Shown piece by piece: positions 36,335-47,157 of a stretch of DNA of 64,000 nt (position 1 is its first letter; every line of letters begins with the position of its first letter). A model generated the notes under the pieces. It did not search any database and was not told the origin of the DNA. It saw nothing but the letters and a program-made list of their open reading frames with translations. The translations under genes were made by a program, and so were the position numbers. The stretch is from Thermodesulfovibrionia bacterium (GTDB lineage: Bacteria; Nitrospirota; Thermodesulfovibrionia; JACRGW01): positions 14,499 through 78,498 of the forward strand of contig CAKKSD010000050.1 in assembly GCA_919902995.1 (NCBI GenBank). Direction: 5' to 3'.

Positions 36335-37750
36335 ATGAATAAGAATGAAGTTCGTGTAAGATTTGCACCAAGCCCAACGGGACATCTCCATATCGGTGGG
36401 GTGAGGACTGCCCTGTTTAATTTTCTCTTCGCGAGACATCATGGGGGGAATTTCGTTCTAAGGATAGAAGATACAGACAGGAGCCGTTCTACAGAAGAAT
36501 CTATTGAGGCAATAATAGAAAGCATGAAATGGCTTGGACTTGAATGGGATGAAGGGCCCTACCTCCAGACAGAGAGACTGGATATTTACAGAGAAAAGGC
36601 AGAGGCCCTTCTAAGAGAAGGAAAGGCATACTACTGTTACTGTACACCTGAGGAACTCGATACAAGGAGGAAGGAGGCGATCACCTCAGGGAAGGTACCC
36701 AGGTATGACAGGAGATGTAAGAATCTCAAGTCACCCTTAGAGGGTAAGCCCCGTGCAATACGCTTTATTTCTTCAGATGAAGGACAGACAGTTGTTGACG
36801 ACCTTATCCGTGGAAGGGTAGTCTTTGATAATATCCAGCTCGATGACCTTATCATTCTCCGTTCTGACGGGTTTCCCACCTATAATTTCTCTGTTGTTGT
36901 CGATGATACCTCTATGGAGATAACCCATGTTATCAGAGGGGATGATCATCTCAATAATACACCGAGACAGATACAGCTCTATCATGGCCTCGGATATGAA
37001 CCACCAAGATTTGCCCACCTCCCTATGATCCTGGGCTCAGACAGGACAAGACTATCAAAAAGACATGGGGCTACATCAGTGATAGCGTATAAGGAAATGG
37101 GTTATCTCCCGGAGGCGATGCTTAACTACCTTGCACGACTCGGATGGTCATACGGTGACCAGGAGATATTCTCAAAGGAAGAACTGATAGAAAAGTTCTC
37201 TTTAGAGAATATAGGGAAATCGGCTGCAGTATTCAACCCTGAAAAACTTTTGTGGCTGAACAGCCAGTATATAATGAATGCCGACTCTGAAAAACTGGCC
37301 CGGATGGTGATTCCCTTTCTTATAAAAAAAGGAATCATTTCAGAAGGTGAGCCTTTCGACATGAAATGGCTGTCAAAGGCGGTCTTAACCCTTAAAGAGC
37401 GAGCAAAGACCATTGAAGAACTCTCAAAGTCCCTCAGATTCTATATTATCGAATATGTTGACTATGATGAAAAGGCAAAGACAAAATTTTTAAACCAGAA
37501 ATCTCGTGGCTTATTGATTGAACTCAGAGACAATCTTGAGTCCCTCACAGACTTTTCTGCGTCAGAGCTTGAAAATATATTCAAATCGATAATCGTGAAA
37601 CATAATATCAAGCTCGCATCCCTCGCCCAGCCTGTCAGAGTAGCCATCACAGGCGGAACAGAAAGCCCTGGGATCTTTGAGGTCCTCGAAATCGTGGGGA
37701 AGGAAAAGGTTATTAAGAGACTTGAGAAGGCGATAAAGGTAATCGGGTGA
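36335..37750 (+). CDS. gltX: Glutamyl-tRNA synthetase
   Basis: The HIGH motif (PSPTGHLHIGG) and KMSKS-like (LSKRHG) are present. The length, 471 aa, fits. Confidence 0.9.
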   Translation: MNKNEVRVRFAPSPTGHLHIGGVRTALFNFLFARHHGGNFVLRIEDTDRSRSTEESIEAIIESMKWLGLEWDEGPYLQTERLDIYREKAEALLREGKAYYCYCTPEELDTRRKEAITSGKVPRYDRRCKNLKSPLEGKPRAIRFISSDEGQTVVDDLIRGRVVFDNIQLDDLIILRSDGFPTYNFSVVVDDTSMEITHVIRGDDHLNNTPRQIQLYHGLGYEPPRFAHLPMILGSDRTRLSKRHGATSVIAYKEMGYLPEAMLNYLARLGWSYGDQEIFSKEELIEKFSLENIGKSAAVFNPEKLLWLNSQYIMNADSEKLARMVIPFLIKKGIISEGEPFDMKWLSKAVLTLKERAKTIEELSKSLRFYIIEYVDYDEKAKTKFLNQKSRGLLIELRDNLESLTDFSASELENIFKSIIVKHNIKLASLAQPVRVAITGGTESPGIFEVLEIVGKEKVIKRLEKAIKVIG

Positions 37751-37777
37751 GGGTGGTCAACCACCCTACTAATTTTG
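37751..37777 (+). terminator. Terminator hairpin after gltX
   Basis: GGGTGG-tcaa-CCACCC followed by tactaatttt. Confidence 0.5.
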
Positions 37778-37810
37778 ATCGCTAGAGATAAATTAGTTTA
37801 ATCTTGATTT

Positions 37811-37826
37811 ACACATTACAATGTGT
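37811..37826. promoter_or_regulatory. Palindrome ACACATT-ac-AATGTGT in vapBC promoter region (candidate VapB operator)
   Basis: Perfect 7-bp arms, located 28 bp upstream of the vapB ATG. Confidence 0.4.
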
Positions 37827-37853
37827 TATTTTTTGTGTAAAAGGAGGTGTAAC

Positions 37854-38051
37854 ATGGCGACTAATCTGGCATTGGACGACAAATTAATTATTCAGGCACA
37901 AAAGGCAGGACACCATAAGACTAAAAAGGAAGCTGTAACTACGGCGTTAAAGGAGTATATTGCACACAGAAAACAGATAGAGATTCTTGACCTGTTTGGC
38001 AAGATTGAATTTGATAAAACCTATGATTACAAAAAATCAAGGAAAAGATGA
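37854..38051 (+). CDS. vapB: Type II antitoxin VapB-like (DUF2191-like)
   Basis: 66 aa starting MATNLALDDKLIIQAQKAGHHKTKKEAVTTALKEYI, with AAGGAGGTG 4 nt upstream. It overlaps vapC by 4 nt. Confidence 0.65.
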   Translation: MATNLALDDKLIIQAQKAGHHKTKKEAVTTALKEYIAHRKQIEILDLFGKIEFDKTYDYKKSRKR

Positions 38052-38443
38052 AAATTCTTGTAGATACCTGTATCTGGTCTCAGGTGCTTCGGTATAAATC
38101 TCCTGATCCAGAATTACCATGTAAATTAAAGGATTTTATCACGGATGGTAGAGTAGTTATGATAGGCCCAATTCGTCAGGAAATACTATCCGGGATATCC
38201 GATACCTCTCAATTCAATAAATTAAAAGATTTTCTCTCAGCATTTGAAGATGTTGGTCTTAAAACTAAACATTTTATAAAAGCTGCGGAATTCAGTAACA
38301 TATGCCGTAATAAAGGTATCCAGGGATCAACGATAGATTTCTTAATATGTGCAGTTTCACATTTAGAAAATCTTATTATCTTTACAACTGATAAAGATTT
38401 TGAAAATTATAAAAGGTATTTACCCATAAAAGTAATTAAATAA
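38048..38443 (+). CDS. vapC: PIN-domain toxin VapC
   Basis: 131 aa with the N-terminal acidic residue in ILVDTCIW and a C-terminal D in TTDKDF, as in PIN folds. Confidence 0.75.
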   Translation: MKILVDTCIWSQVLRYKSPDPELPCKLKDFITDGRVVMIGPIRQEILSGISDTSQFNKLKDFLSAFEDVGLKTKHFIKAAEFSNICRNKGIQGSTIDFLICAVSHLENLIIFTTDKDFENYKRYLPIKVIK

Positions 38444-38470
38444 AACCCCACAAGCTTCATCTGGTTAAAT

Positions 38471-40162
38471 ATGGAAAACAAGGAAAGACCTGTCGATTTT
38501 ATAAGGGAGATCATCAGGGAAGACCTGAAGAACGATAAGTATGACGGAATGGTTCATACGAGGTTTCCTCCTGAGCCAAACGGATATCTGCACATAGGAC
38601 ATGCAAAGTCCATATGCCTAAATTTTGGAATAGCAGGGGAATTCAATGGGCTCTGTAACCTCCGTTTCGATGACACAAATCCAACGAAAGAAGAGGTAGA
38701 ATATGTAGAATCCATAAAAAGGGATGTTTCCTGGCTCGGTTTTGACTGGCAGGAAAGAGAATATTATGCATCGGATTATTTTGAGAATCTCTATGAATAC
38801 GCAGTAGAGCTTATAAAAAAAAGCAAGGCCTATGTCTGTGACCTTAGCTCTGACGAGATAAGGGAGTACAGGGGAACCCTCATGGAAGCAGGGAAGGAGA
38901 GCCCCTACAGAAACCGTTCGGTTGAGGAAAACCTTGACCTCTTCGAGAGGATGCGTAAAGGAGAATTCCCTGACGGCTCACGAACCCTCAGGGCAAAGAT
39001 AGATATGAAGTCAGGGAATATCAACATGCGCGACCCTGTTATGTACAGGATCCTCCATGCAGAACACCATAGGACAGGGAATAAATGGTGCATCTATCCG
39101 ATGTATGACTATGCCCACTGTTTCTCCGATTCGATAGAAGGGATCACCCACTCGATCTGCACCCTTGAGTTCGAGGACCACCGCCCTCTGTATGACTGGT
39201 TTCTTGACCAGCTCGGTGTCTATCATCCACAGCAGATAGAATTTGCACGCCTCAATCTCAGCCATACTGTGCTAAGCAAAAGGAGACTCATCCAGCTTGT
39301 GCAGGAAGGCAACGTCAGAGGCTGGGATGACCCGAGGATGCCGACACTTTCCGGGCTAAGAAGGCGCGGATATACACCCGAAGCGATAAGAAACTTCTGC
39401 GACAGAATCGGTGTTGCAAAAAGGGATAGCACTGTGGACATGGCGCTCCTCGAATTCTGCCTGAGAGAAAACCTGAATAAGCGGTCACAGAGAGTGATGG
39501 CAGTACTGAAACCCCTGAAGCTCGTGATAGTAAATTATCCTGAGGGTCAGCCAGAAGAGCAGCCAGAGAATCAAGTTGAAGAACTCGATGCGATAAATAA
39601 CCCCGAGGATCCGAGCATGGGGACAAGAAAGATACCCTTCTCACGGGTGCTGTATATTGAACAGGATGATTTCCGTGAAGAACCACCGAAGGAGTTCTTC
39701 CGTCTTGCGCCTGGCAGAGAGGTAAGGCTCAGGTATGCCTATTTCATCAAATGCGTTGACGTCATAAAAGATAAAAACGGAGAGATTATCGAGCTTCACT
39801 GCACCTATGATCCTGCAACACGTGGCGGAGATTCCCCTGACAGACGGAAGGTCAAGGCAACGATTCACTGGGTCTCGGCCTCTCATTCCATCGAGGCAGA
39901 GGCAAGGCTCTACGACCACCTTTTTGCAGTACCTTCTCCCGGAGAAGATTTTAAGAAAGACCTGAATCCAAAATCTCTTGAGATTCTACTGTCATGCCAG
40001 GTCGAGCCTTATCTTGCCCATGCAAAACCAGGGGACATATACCAGTTTGAAAGGCAGGGGTATTTCTGTGTCGATCCCGATTCTTCAGGAGGGAAACTTG
40101 TATTTAACAGAGCCACCACCCTTCGCGACACCTGGGCGAAGATCGAGAAGAGACTGAAATAG
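38471..40162 (+). CDS. glnS: Glutaminyl-tRNA synthetase
   Basis: The HIGH motif ([14 protein letters not shown]) and VLSKR (KMSKS) are present, with a GlnRS-specific anticodon-binding C-terminus. The length is 563 aa. Confidence 0.9.
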   Translation: MENKERPVDFIREIIREDLKNDKYDGMVHTRFPPEPNGYLHIGHAKSICLNFGIAGEFNGLCNLRFDDTNPTKEEVEYVESIKRDVSWLGFDWQEREYYASDYFENLYEYAVELIKKSKAYVCDLSSDEIREYRGTLMEAGKESPYRNRSVEENLDLFERMRKGEFPDGSRTLRAKIDMKSGNINMRDPVMYRILHAEHHRTGNKWCIYPMYDYAHCFSDSIEGITHSICTLEFEDHRPLYDWFLDQLGVYHPQQIEFARLNLSHTVLSKRRLIQLVQEGNVRGWDDPRMPTLSGLRRRGYTPEAIRNFCDRIGVAKRDSTVDMALLEFCLRENLNKRSQRVMAVLKPLKLVIVNYPEGQPEEQPENQVEELDAINNPEDPSMGTRKIPFSRVLYIEQDDFREEPPKEFFRLAPGREVRLRYAYFIKCVDVIKDKNGEIIELHCTYDPATRGGDSPDRRKVKATIHWVSASHSIEAEARLYDHLFAVPSPGEDFKKDLNPKSLEILLSCQVEPYLAHAKPGDIYQFERQGYFCVDPDSSGGKLVFNRATTLRDTWAKIEKRLK

Positions 40163-40199
40163 AGCTACACTACCTTTTTCATGGAGGGTGCAGTAGCAG

Positions 40200-40961
40200 T
40201 TACAAAAAAGACTTGATCTTCTCGATACTCTTTTCCACAGCCTCTTTGCTTCGAACCTCTATGGTGAGGAGGGGCATATTCTGAAAGCCCTTTAGAAGTC
40301 TGAAGAAAAGGTCGAAATCCAGCTTCCCATCTCCAATAGCAAGATGTTCATCCTCAATCCCATTATTGTCATGAATATGAACTTCGATAAGGCGGTGGCC
40401 TAATCTATCAATCCATTCCTTGAGGGGTTTTTTTGAGAAAAGATGGAAGTGGCCTGTATCGAGACAGAATCCGAACCTGTCGGAGTCGATTTCCTTAATA
40501 AGATCTTCAATGGTTGCTGGATCTTCTTCAAAGACATTCTCTATGGCTATTGATGCTGTGGTTTTTCTGGCACTCTCGAGAACCTGGCTCCAGGTCTTTA
40601 AGCTATTCTCAAGCCACTGGTCTTCGTGTCCGTGAAATCGCCACATGTCATAACCGGGATGGAAAATAAGTACTTTTGGTTTGAAGACCTCTGCGATTTC
40701 TACTAAATGGAGGAATCTTTCGAGGGTAAGCCTCCTGACCTTTTCGTCCATACCTCCAGGGCTCATATCCATAAAAGGACCGTGGAGGGAGAGGTTGGGA
40801 TTCCAGTCAAGGGACCACTTGAGGTTATGGATATCTTTCCCGGAAATATTATCGAGGGCCAGGGAATCGAAATAGATCTCGAGATCTAACTTTCTTTCTC
40901 TCACATAATTGATATTTTCTAAGAGTTTTTTATAGGGAAGGTGTACATGTGCTCTGGGCAT
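40200..40961 (-). CDS. Sugar phosphate isomerase/epimerase (xylose isomerase-like TIM barrel)
   Basis: 253 aa with conserved metal-binding E/D/H pattern (IAIENVFEE ... CLDTGHF ... HIHDN). Confidence 0.7.
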   Translation of the reverse strand: MPRAHVHLPYKKLLENINYVRERKLDLEIYFDSLALDNISGKDIHNLKWSLDWNPNLSLHGPFMDMSPGGMDEKVRRLTLERFLHLVEIAEVFKPKVLIFHPGYDMWRFHGHEDQWLENSLKTWSQVLESARKTTASIAIENVFEEDPATIEDLIKEIDSDRFGFCLDTGHFHLFSKKPLKEWIDRLGHRLIEVHIHDNNGIEDEHLAIGDGKLDFDLFFRLLKGFQNMPLLTIEVRSKEAVEKSIEKIKSFL

Positions 40962-40983
40962 AGTTATTACCCATGTAACACCA

Positions 40984-41295
40984 TTACTTATTGACCTTTG
41001 CAGGTTCTTTTGGACCAGACTTTTCGGTCAGGGTGGATTTTGTTTCTTCCTTTGGCTTATCTTCCTTTGGCTTATCTTCCTTTGGCTTTTCTGATTCCAT
41101 TGCCTTTTTCCTTGCCTCAGAAGGGTAATCGGTAACATACCAGCCAGAGCCTTTCAGGACGAAACCGGTCTGGGATAGAACCTTCTTCAGTTCTCCAGAA
41201 CATTTACTGCATGTGCTCAAAGGCTCATCGCTAATCTTCTGGATAACCTCGAATCGATTTCCGCATTGGATACATTCATACTCATAGATAGGCAT
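40984..41295 (-). CDS. FmdB family zinc-ribbon protein
   Basis: The N-terminus [17 protein letters not shown]...CSKCSG is canonical FmdB. The C-terminal tail carries [15 protein letters not shown] repeats. Confidence 0.7.
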   Translation of the reverse strand: MPIYEYECIQCGNRFEVIQKISDEPLSTCSKCSGELKKVLSQTGFVLKGSGWYVTDYPSEARKKAMESEKPKEDKPKEDKPKEETKSTLTEKSGPKEPAKVNK

Positions 41296-41404
41296 AACGA
41301 AAAGATACTAACACAAGATATGAGTAATTTTCAAGATGTTTTTATAAATCTCTTTATCTTTTCCGCAGACTTTCTTATAATACAAAAAAGAGGGGTATTG
41401 AATT

Positions 41405-41494
41405 ATGAAAGAGATACTTTTCACCATTGGGTTTTTAGCAGTCTGGTATATCCTCCAGAGATATATACTTCCCAAACTGGGAATACCTACCTGA
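41405..41494 (+). CDS. Candidate small membrane peptide (29 aa)
   Basis: MKEILFTIGFLAVWYILQRYILPKLGIPT, with GAGGGG 8 nt upstream. It is followed by hairpin AAGGGAA-ggg-TTCCCTT plus TCT. Confidence 0.3.
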   Translation: MKEILFTIGFLAVWYILQRYILPKLGIPT

Positions 41495-41553
41495 GTGAAT
41501 AAAGAAAAAGGGAAGGGTTCCCTTTCTGATAGAGACTGAACGAGATCAAGGTT

Positions 41554-42294
41554 TCAGTCTACACTCGATATTCTTATAACTCCGAAATCCTCTGATTGGA
41601 AGATCCTTACAAGTTTCAGACGGATAATCTCGAGGAGGGCAAGGAATGTTATAATAACCTCAGCCTTTGTAACATCCTTAGCAAAGAGCTCATAGAAAGT
41701 TATACTCTTTTTCCCCTGTAAGGTGTCGAGTATCATCGATATCTTATCCTTGAGATTCAATTCCTCCCTTGTAACTTCATAAAAGGCCTTCTCAGGAATC
41801 TTCTCAAGGACTTTTTTTAATGAGGTCAAGAGGTCGAAGAGATTTAGACCCAGAATCAGAGGTTCTCCATCTGCGATTAAATGCTCAGGTTTTTGTGGTT
41901 GCCTTGAGAAGGCATCACGCCAGTATTGTTCTCTTGATGTAAGTTCCTCGGCGGCCTCTTTGAATCTTTTATACTCGAGGAGTCTCTGGACAAGCTCTGC
42001 CCTCGGGTCTTCCATCTTTTCTTCAGTTTCATCTTTTTCCTCTGAAGGAGGTAGGAGCATTTTAGACTTTATATGGATCAGTGTTGCAGCCATTACAAGG
42101 AATTCGCCGGCAATTTCGATATTAAGCTCCTTCATAATTTCAAGATATTCAAGATATTGCTGGGTGACCAGGGCTATAGGGATGTCATAGATATTTATTT
42201 CATTCTCTTTTATAAGGTGAAGAAGCAGATCTAAGGGGCCTTCGAAGACCTCGAGTTTTACTTTATAAAGTGGCTCTCCAGATGAACTTTGCAT
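41554..42294 (-). CDS. scpA: Segregation and condensation protein A
   Basis: 246 aa. The N-terminus KLEVFEGPLDLLLHLI is canonical ScpA. Confidence 0.8.
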   Translation of the reverse strand: MQSSSGEPLYKVKLEVFEGPLDLLLHLIKENEINIYDIPIALVTQQYLEYLEIMKELNIEIAGEFLVMAATLIHIKSKMLLPPSEEKDETEEKMEDPRAELVQRLLEYKRFKEAAEELTSREQYWRDAFSRQPQKPEHLIADGEPLILGLNLFDLLTSLKKVLEKIPEKAFYEVTREELNLKDKISMILDTLQGKKSITFYELFAKDVTKAEVIITFLALLEIIRLKLVRIFQSEDFGVIRISSVD

Positions 42295-42298
42295 ATTC

Positions 42299-43279
42299 CT
42301 ATATCTTCATTGCCTCCCGTACCATCGCCATTGTTTCAGAGGCAACAGCCTTTGCCTTTTCAACACCAGAGGCTATGACCTTATCAAGTTGGTCCGGACG
42401 TGCTTCAAGTTCCTTCCTCTTTTCAGAAAAGGGCTTCAGGATAGCAAGGGCTTCCTTGATAAGCATATCTTTGTGGTCAGTACATCCTATCGAGGCATCC
42501 CTGCAATTTCTGTCTATCCTTTCAATATCATCCTTTTTGCCAAATACCTTATGGAGGCTGTGGAGGGGACAGACATCTGGATTCCCAGGATCAGTTCTTC
42601 TTGCCCTTGCAGGGTCTGTGATCATTATCTTCATTTTTCTCTCCACCTCTTCAGGGATATCCGATAAAAAGACGGCATTCCCGTAGCTTTTGGACATCTT
42701 TCTTCCGTCAATCCCGATTATCTTTGGATACTCGGTAAGCAAGGCCTGAGGCTCAGGGAAAATATGACCATAGAAGTTGTTGAAACGTCTCGTTATCTCC
42801 CTCGTAATTTCGAGATGGGGTAATTGATCAACTCCGACAGGAACATACCCTGCCCTGTAGATTAATATATCCGCTGCCTGAAGCACTGGATAACCTAAGA
42901 AACCGTAGGTACAAAGATCTCTATCCTTGATCTCATCCTGTTTTTCTTTATAGGTTGGAACCCTTTCGAGCCAAGGGAGGGGAGTTATCATGGATAATAG
43001 AAGGTGAAGCTCCGCATGTTCAGGCAGTCTGGACTGTATAAAGATGGTTGACTTCTTTGGATCAAGTCCTGCTGCTAACCAGTCAATGAGTATATCCTTT
43101 ATATTAGACCTGATCTCACTTACATCGGCATAATTTGATGTGAGTGCATGCCAGTCAGCAATAAAATAAAAACAGTCGTACTCTTCCTGAAGTCTTACCC
43201 AGTTCTGCAAAGCTCCGAAGAGGTTACCGAGGTGGAGTTTTCCGCTCGGCTGCATCCCGCTTAAGACCCTTCCTTTCAT
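42299..43279 (-). CDS. trpS: Tryptophanyl-tRNA synthetase
   Basis: MQPSGKLHLGN (HIGH) and KMSKS are present. The length is 326 aa. Confidence 0.9.
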   Translation of the reverse strand: MKGRVLSGMQPSGKLHLGNLFGALQNWVRLQEEYDCFYFIADWHALTSNYADVSEIRSNIKDILIDWLAAGLDPKKSTIFIQSRLPEHAELHLLLSMITPLPWLERVPTYKEKQDEIKDRDLCTYGFLGYPVLQAADILIYRAGYVPVGVDQLPHLEITREITRRFNNFYGHIFPEPQALLTEYPKIIGIDGRKMSKSYGNAVFLSDIPEEVERKMKIMITDPARARRTDPGNPDVCPLHSLHKVFGKKDDIERIDRNCRDASIGCTDHKDMLIKEALAILKPFSEKRKELEARPDQLDKVIASGVEKAKAVASETMAMVREAMKI

Positions 43280-43971
43280 AGAAGTACCCTGAGAGGAGAA
43301 AAGATAAGGATTAAAAGACCCCTTATGACAGTTGCTACAGGGATAACGAAATAATCTGTTATCCCCAGGATTATCAGTGCAAAAACGATCATAAATCCAT
43401 AAGGCTCTATTTTTGAAAAACTATAGGCATATCTGTCAGGGAGCAGTCCTATGAGAACCCTTCCACCATCAAGGGGAGGGATAGGTATGAGATTAAAGGC
43501 AGCGAGGAAAATATTTATTGTCGCACTGAAACTCAGCATCTGTGAGACAGGAATTAGGAGTTTTGAGGCTAAAAACTGGGGAAGAAGGGTAGACAACTGA
43601 AGTGCAGCGATGATTATAACAAGAAGGATGCTTATGGCAGCGAGGAAAATATTTGTTGCAGGACCTGCGAAGGATACTATCGCCATATTCCTCTTCGGGT
43701 TTCTGAGATTAAAGGGGTTCACAGGTACGGGCTTTGCATAACCGAAAGAAAAATTCCCATGGCTGAAGATTAAAAGGATTATTGGCATAATTATTGTGCC
43801 AAAGATGTCTATATGAACGATAGGGTTTATGGTAAGCCTGCCCATTTGTTTTGCTGTGGGGTCGCCGAGTCTATTCGCTACCCAGCCATGGGCAATCTCA
43901 TGAAAGATAATTGCGAAAAGAAGGGGTATTGCTGCAATAGAGAGATTTTTTAGTATTGAATAAGGATCCAA
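43276..43971 (-). CDS. Site-2 protease family (peptidase M50) membrane protein
   Basis: The HEIAH zinc motif sits in TM1 (FHEIAHGW), followed by multiple TMs. Confidence 0.75.
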   Translation of the reverse strand: MDPYSILKNLSIAAIPLLFAIIFHEIAHGWVANRLGDPTAKQMGRLTINPIVHIDIFGTIIMPIILLIFSHGNFSFGYAKPVPVNPFNLRNPKRNMAIVSFAGPATNIFLAAISILLVIIIAALQLSTLLPQFLASKLLIPVSQMLSFSATINIFLAAFNLIPIPPLDGGRVLIGLLPDRYAYSFSKIEPYGFMIVFALIILGITDYFVIPVATVIRGLLILIFSPLRVLL

Positions 43972-43979
43972 GTTTCTCC

Positions 43980-45641
43980 TTATATAGGATGGAGTATGTT
44001 GTCAATCACAGTCCTTGCCGCAACGAGAGGGTCTATAAAGGCGCTCTCCATGTCATGTTCGATGTCCCTCTTATTTGAGAGATAGGTAATCCTGTCCTGC
44101 ATCCTGTCACGGAGATATCTGAGACATTCCTGATCCTTTGTGGGTTTGTATTTCTTATCATAATCAGGGCCAAAAAGATCATTGCCATTTTTCGGGAGGA
44201 GGAGCCCTTCGAATGCCTTCCACTCCTTCCATTCGATGTTATCCCTAACAAGTTCGGTAACGATATTAAGGGAAAGTTCCTTCGGGATATCTATAAGATT
44301 TTGTGGTAGACCGAAGGCATGGGTATTCAATATATAGCATTCTGTACCGAGTTTGAAGAGTTTTTTAAACTGCTGGCAGTCTACCATAAGGGGATGTATC
44401 CTGAAGGGGTTTGCAAAGGGCTCTATTACGAGTTTTTCGAATTCTTTAGGATCGACGTTCTCAACTCCCTTTGCGCGCAATGTGCTCAGGGATGCTCCCA
44501 TTGCGACTGCAAGCCCGACCGAATTGACCTTGCATATCGGTGGAAGACTTGTATCTTTCTGGAGCCATATTACCATGCCTGGTCTTTCGCAGGAATTGGT
44601 GTGATTGAACATATCCCTTGATTTAAGACATCGGCCATTTTCGTTTCTTATATCTTCAAAGACCATCTTCCTCTTTCCATCGGGGAGCATTGTGGTACCC
44701 ACATTCTGCGCAGTGTAGAAGTACTTTATACCAGGGTCATCAAATTTTACCGCGTCTGTTTTGTCAAAAAGTGCAGGTTCAAGACCAACGGTGAAGTTAT
44801 GTTCAAGGTCTATCAAAAAGGCATCATCGTGGATCACATTTACCTTTTCATTTTTCTTTAAAGTACCTGCATGGTCATGGCTGTTTGTTATGGAAGATTT
44901 TCCAGAACCGGAAAGACCGAATACAGCCACAGGCGGTTTATTCCCTATCTTCTTGATACCTCCGTGGCATGCGACCATATTCTGGCGGACACCAATTGTC
45001 CAAGCGATGGTGAGTGTGCCCTTTTTCCTTTCACCAAAGTATCTGAGACCGAGTATGGCAATACAGTTATTCTCCTCATCTATAATTACGAGACCATTGG
45101 GGAAATCGGGATGTGACCATTCAGGGTCAGCGAATATAAGTATATCAGGTTCATCTAATAGCCTTGATTTTTTATAGAGATCAGTCCAGGGCTTCATCCA
45201 AGGTGTAAAATTAATTCCCCAGTCAAGCATATTCTTTGCGTCTGTCTCAGGGCTTAAAATGTGGGCCTTTATCATGAAGTCCTGATGGAGCCCCACGATC
45301 CCTTCAAGCCATAAACCAGAACGACGATTAAAATTATAAATTGCCTCACCCAAAAGTCCGAGAAACCTGTCTTTTTCTTTGCCCATCTCCCTGACAAGAC
45401 GCCTTGCCCTCGCTGTTCTACCTACTATGCCACCATCGTTCGATACCAGTACCTTTGCGTTCTTAGGGAGACCGAACTGCAGGGGTTTATACATAGGGTG
45501 AGAGGTTACGACAACCTCTGGCTGTTTGATGCCAAGACTGTAGAGTTCAGCCATATTCGTCTTCCTCACAGAATTGGCATAGAAGGCGCTTTCTATATAT
45601 GCCCTCCAGGATGAGCGTGGAATCTTATGTTTGCTTGCCAT
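43980..45641 (-). CDS. Phosphoenolpyruvate carboxykinase (ATP)-like protein, divergent
   Basis: 553 aa. The P-loop FGLSGSGKSSIT is followed by HDDAFLI and FTVGLEP, which parallel the PckA motifs GLSGTGKTTLS, DDEHGW and FNxEGGCYAK. Confidence 0.5.
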   Translation of the reverse strand: MASKHKIPRSSWRAYIESAFYANSVRKTNMAELYSLGIKQPEVVVTSHPMYKPLQFGLPKNAKVLVSNDGGIVGRTARARRLVREMGKEKDRFLGLLGEAIYNFNRRSGLWLEGIVGLHQDFMIKAHILSPETDAKNMLDWGINFTPWMKPWTDLYKKSRLLDEPDILIFADPEWSHPDFPNGLVIIDEENNCIAILGLRYFGERKKGTLTIAWTIGVRQNMVACHGGIKKIGNKPPVAVFGLSGSGKSSITNSHDHAGTLKKNEKVNVIHDDAFLIDLEHNFTVGLEPALFDKTDAVKFDDPGIKYFYTAQNVGTTMLPDGKRKMVFEDIRNENGRCLKSRDMFNHTNSCERPGMVIWLQKDTSLPPICKVNSVGLAVAMGASLSTLRAKGVENVDPKEFEKLVIEPFANPFRIHPLMVDCQQFKKLFKLGTECYILNTHAFGLPQNLIDIPKELSLNIVTELVRDNIEWKEWKAFEGLLLPKNGNDLFGPDYDKKYKPTKDQECLRYLRDRMQDRITYLSNKRDIEHDMESAFIDPLVAARTVIDNILHPI

Positions 45642-45857
45642 TTTTCACCTTTTTAGATATTGAAGGAAATCAAGGTATGTGCTAAACACAGAATAACAAT
45701 GAAAGATGTATTATAAAATTAATAATTTCCTAATATAAGATTTTAATCAGAGGAATGTCAAGTTTAATAATAATTCTAACGTCTGGCGTAATCTCTACGA
45801 TTATTATGCTATAATTATTAAAAACATTACCCTGAATTTATCTATCGGGAGGTTAGA

Positions 45858-46886
45858 ATGGAGAATGAACTTAGAAGAGGGCCAATAACAGGTGTCTGGG
45901 TTGTAATGGTTAAGAATGGTACATCCATAGAGGGACTTCTGGATGGATGGGAAAGCAAGAGGCCCCTGCCTATCGAAGATATACAACCATGCCCTTTCTG
46001 CGAAGGAAACGAAAACGATGCACCATCTGAGATTTTGGCCTTCAGGAAAGGAGGAATACCAAATGGGCCAGGCTGGAAGATAAGGGTAGTCCCGAATAAA
46101 TTCCCGATCTTCCAGATCCATGGAGAACTGGATGGTAAGGCTGTAGGTATGTATGATAAGCTGGGCGGAATCGGCGCCCACGAAATAGTCGTAGAGACCC
46201 CTCTACACAACAGGACATTACTCACTCTGGATAATAAAGAGGTGGAGGATATTCTATGGGCATATAGGGAAAGGGTACTGGATCTAAAAAAAGATCGAAG
46301 GTTTAGGTATATACTGGTCTATAAAAACTACGGTCCATCTGTAGGGGCATCGATAAAACATTCCCATTCCCATATTGTAGCCACCCCTGTTACTCCGGGA
46401 AGAATAAAGGAAGAGTTAGAAGGATCTAAGTATTATTATAAAATAAAGGAAAGGTGTATTTACTGTGATATCATAAGACAGGAAATAAAAAATGAAGAAA
46501 GAATAATTCTTGAAAATGATCACTTCCTCTGCTTTTCTCCTTTTGCCTCCATATATCCGTTCCAGGCATGGATTACTCCAAAGACTCATGAGGTCTTCTT
46601 TGAACAGAATGAAAGGTATGACCTTCTTGCATCAATGCTCAGGGAGATACTGGACAAGATCAGCAAAGGACTTAAGGATCCGGACTATATCTTTGTCATA
46701 CATACAGGTCCAAACATTGAAGCAAAAAGAGGGAGGCATTACTGGCAGACACTCCAGTATGATTTTCACTGGCATATTGAGATAATGCCTAGGGTACGAA
46801 ACCTTACGGGATTCGAGATAGGTGCTGGGTTCCATATAAATCCTGTTCTCCCCGAAGATGCAGCGAAATATCTAAGAGGTATTTAA
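45858..46886 (+). CDS. Galactose-1-phosphate uridylyltransferase-like HIT superfamily protein
   Basis: A zinc knuckle (CPFCEG) and the histidine motif KHSHSHIV are present. GalT-like tandem half-domains fill 342 aa. Confidence 0.6.
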   Translation: MENELRRGPITGVWVVMVKNGTSIEGLLDGWESKRPLPIEDIQPCPFCEGNENDAPSEILAFRKGGIPNGPGWKIRVVPNKFPIFQIHGELDGKAVGMYDKLGGIGAHEIVVETPLHNRTLLTLDNKEVEDILWAYRERVLDLKKDRRFRYILVYKNYGPSVGASIKHSHSHIVATPVTPGRIKEELEGSKYYYKIKERCIYCDIIRQEIKNEERIILENDHFLCFSPFASIYPFQAWITPKTHEVFFEQNERYDLLASMLREILDKISKGLKDPDYIFVIHTGPNIEAKRGRHYWQTLQYDFHWHIEIMPRVRNLTGFEIGAGFHINPVLPEDAAKYLRGI

Positions 46887-46917
46887 AAGATAGTTGCAGT
46901 TTGAAGGATTCTGGGTC

Positions 46918-46995
46918 TGGCGGGGTGGACGGGACTTGAACCCGCGACCTCTGGCTTGACAGGCCAGCGTTCTAACCGGGCTGAACTACCACCCC
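46918..46995 (-). tRNA. tRNA-Asp (anticodon GUC), CCA encoded
   Basis: The minus-strand sequence is GGGGTGGTAGTTCAGCCCGGTTAGAACGCTGGCCTGTCAAGCCAGAGGTCGCGGGTTCAAGTCCCGTCCACCCCGCCA. It folds into a cloverleaf with anticodon loop CTGTCAA and is closely similar to bacterial tRNA-Asp. Confidence 0.85.
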
Positions 46996-47157
46996 TCTTG
47001 AAAACAGTATACAGCGAATAGATTTTTATTTACTCTAACAGATTCGGATTAGACCGTCAAGCCGTTTCAGTCACAAAACCTCTTTACAACTCTTTTTCTA
47101 TGACCTATAATTGCTTATCAGTAGGTTTAATAAAGGATCATTTAGATTGAGGCAAAA

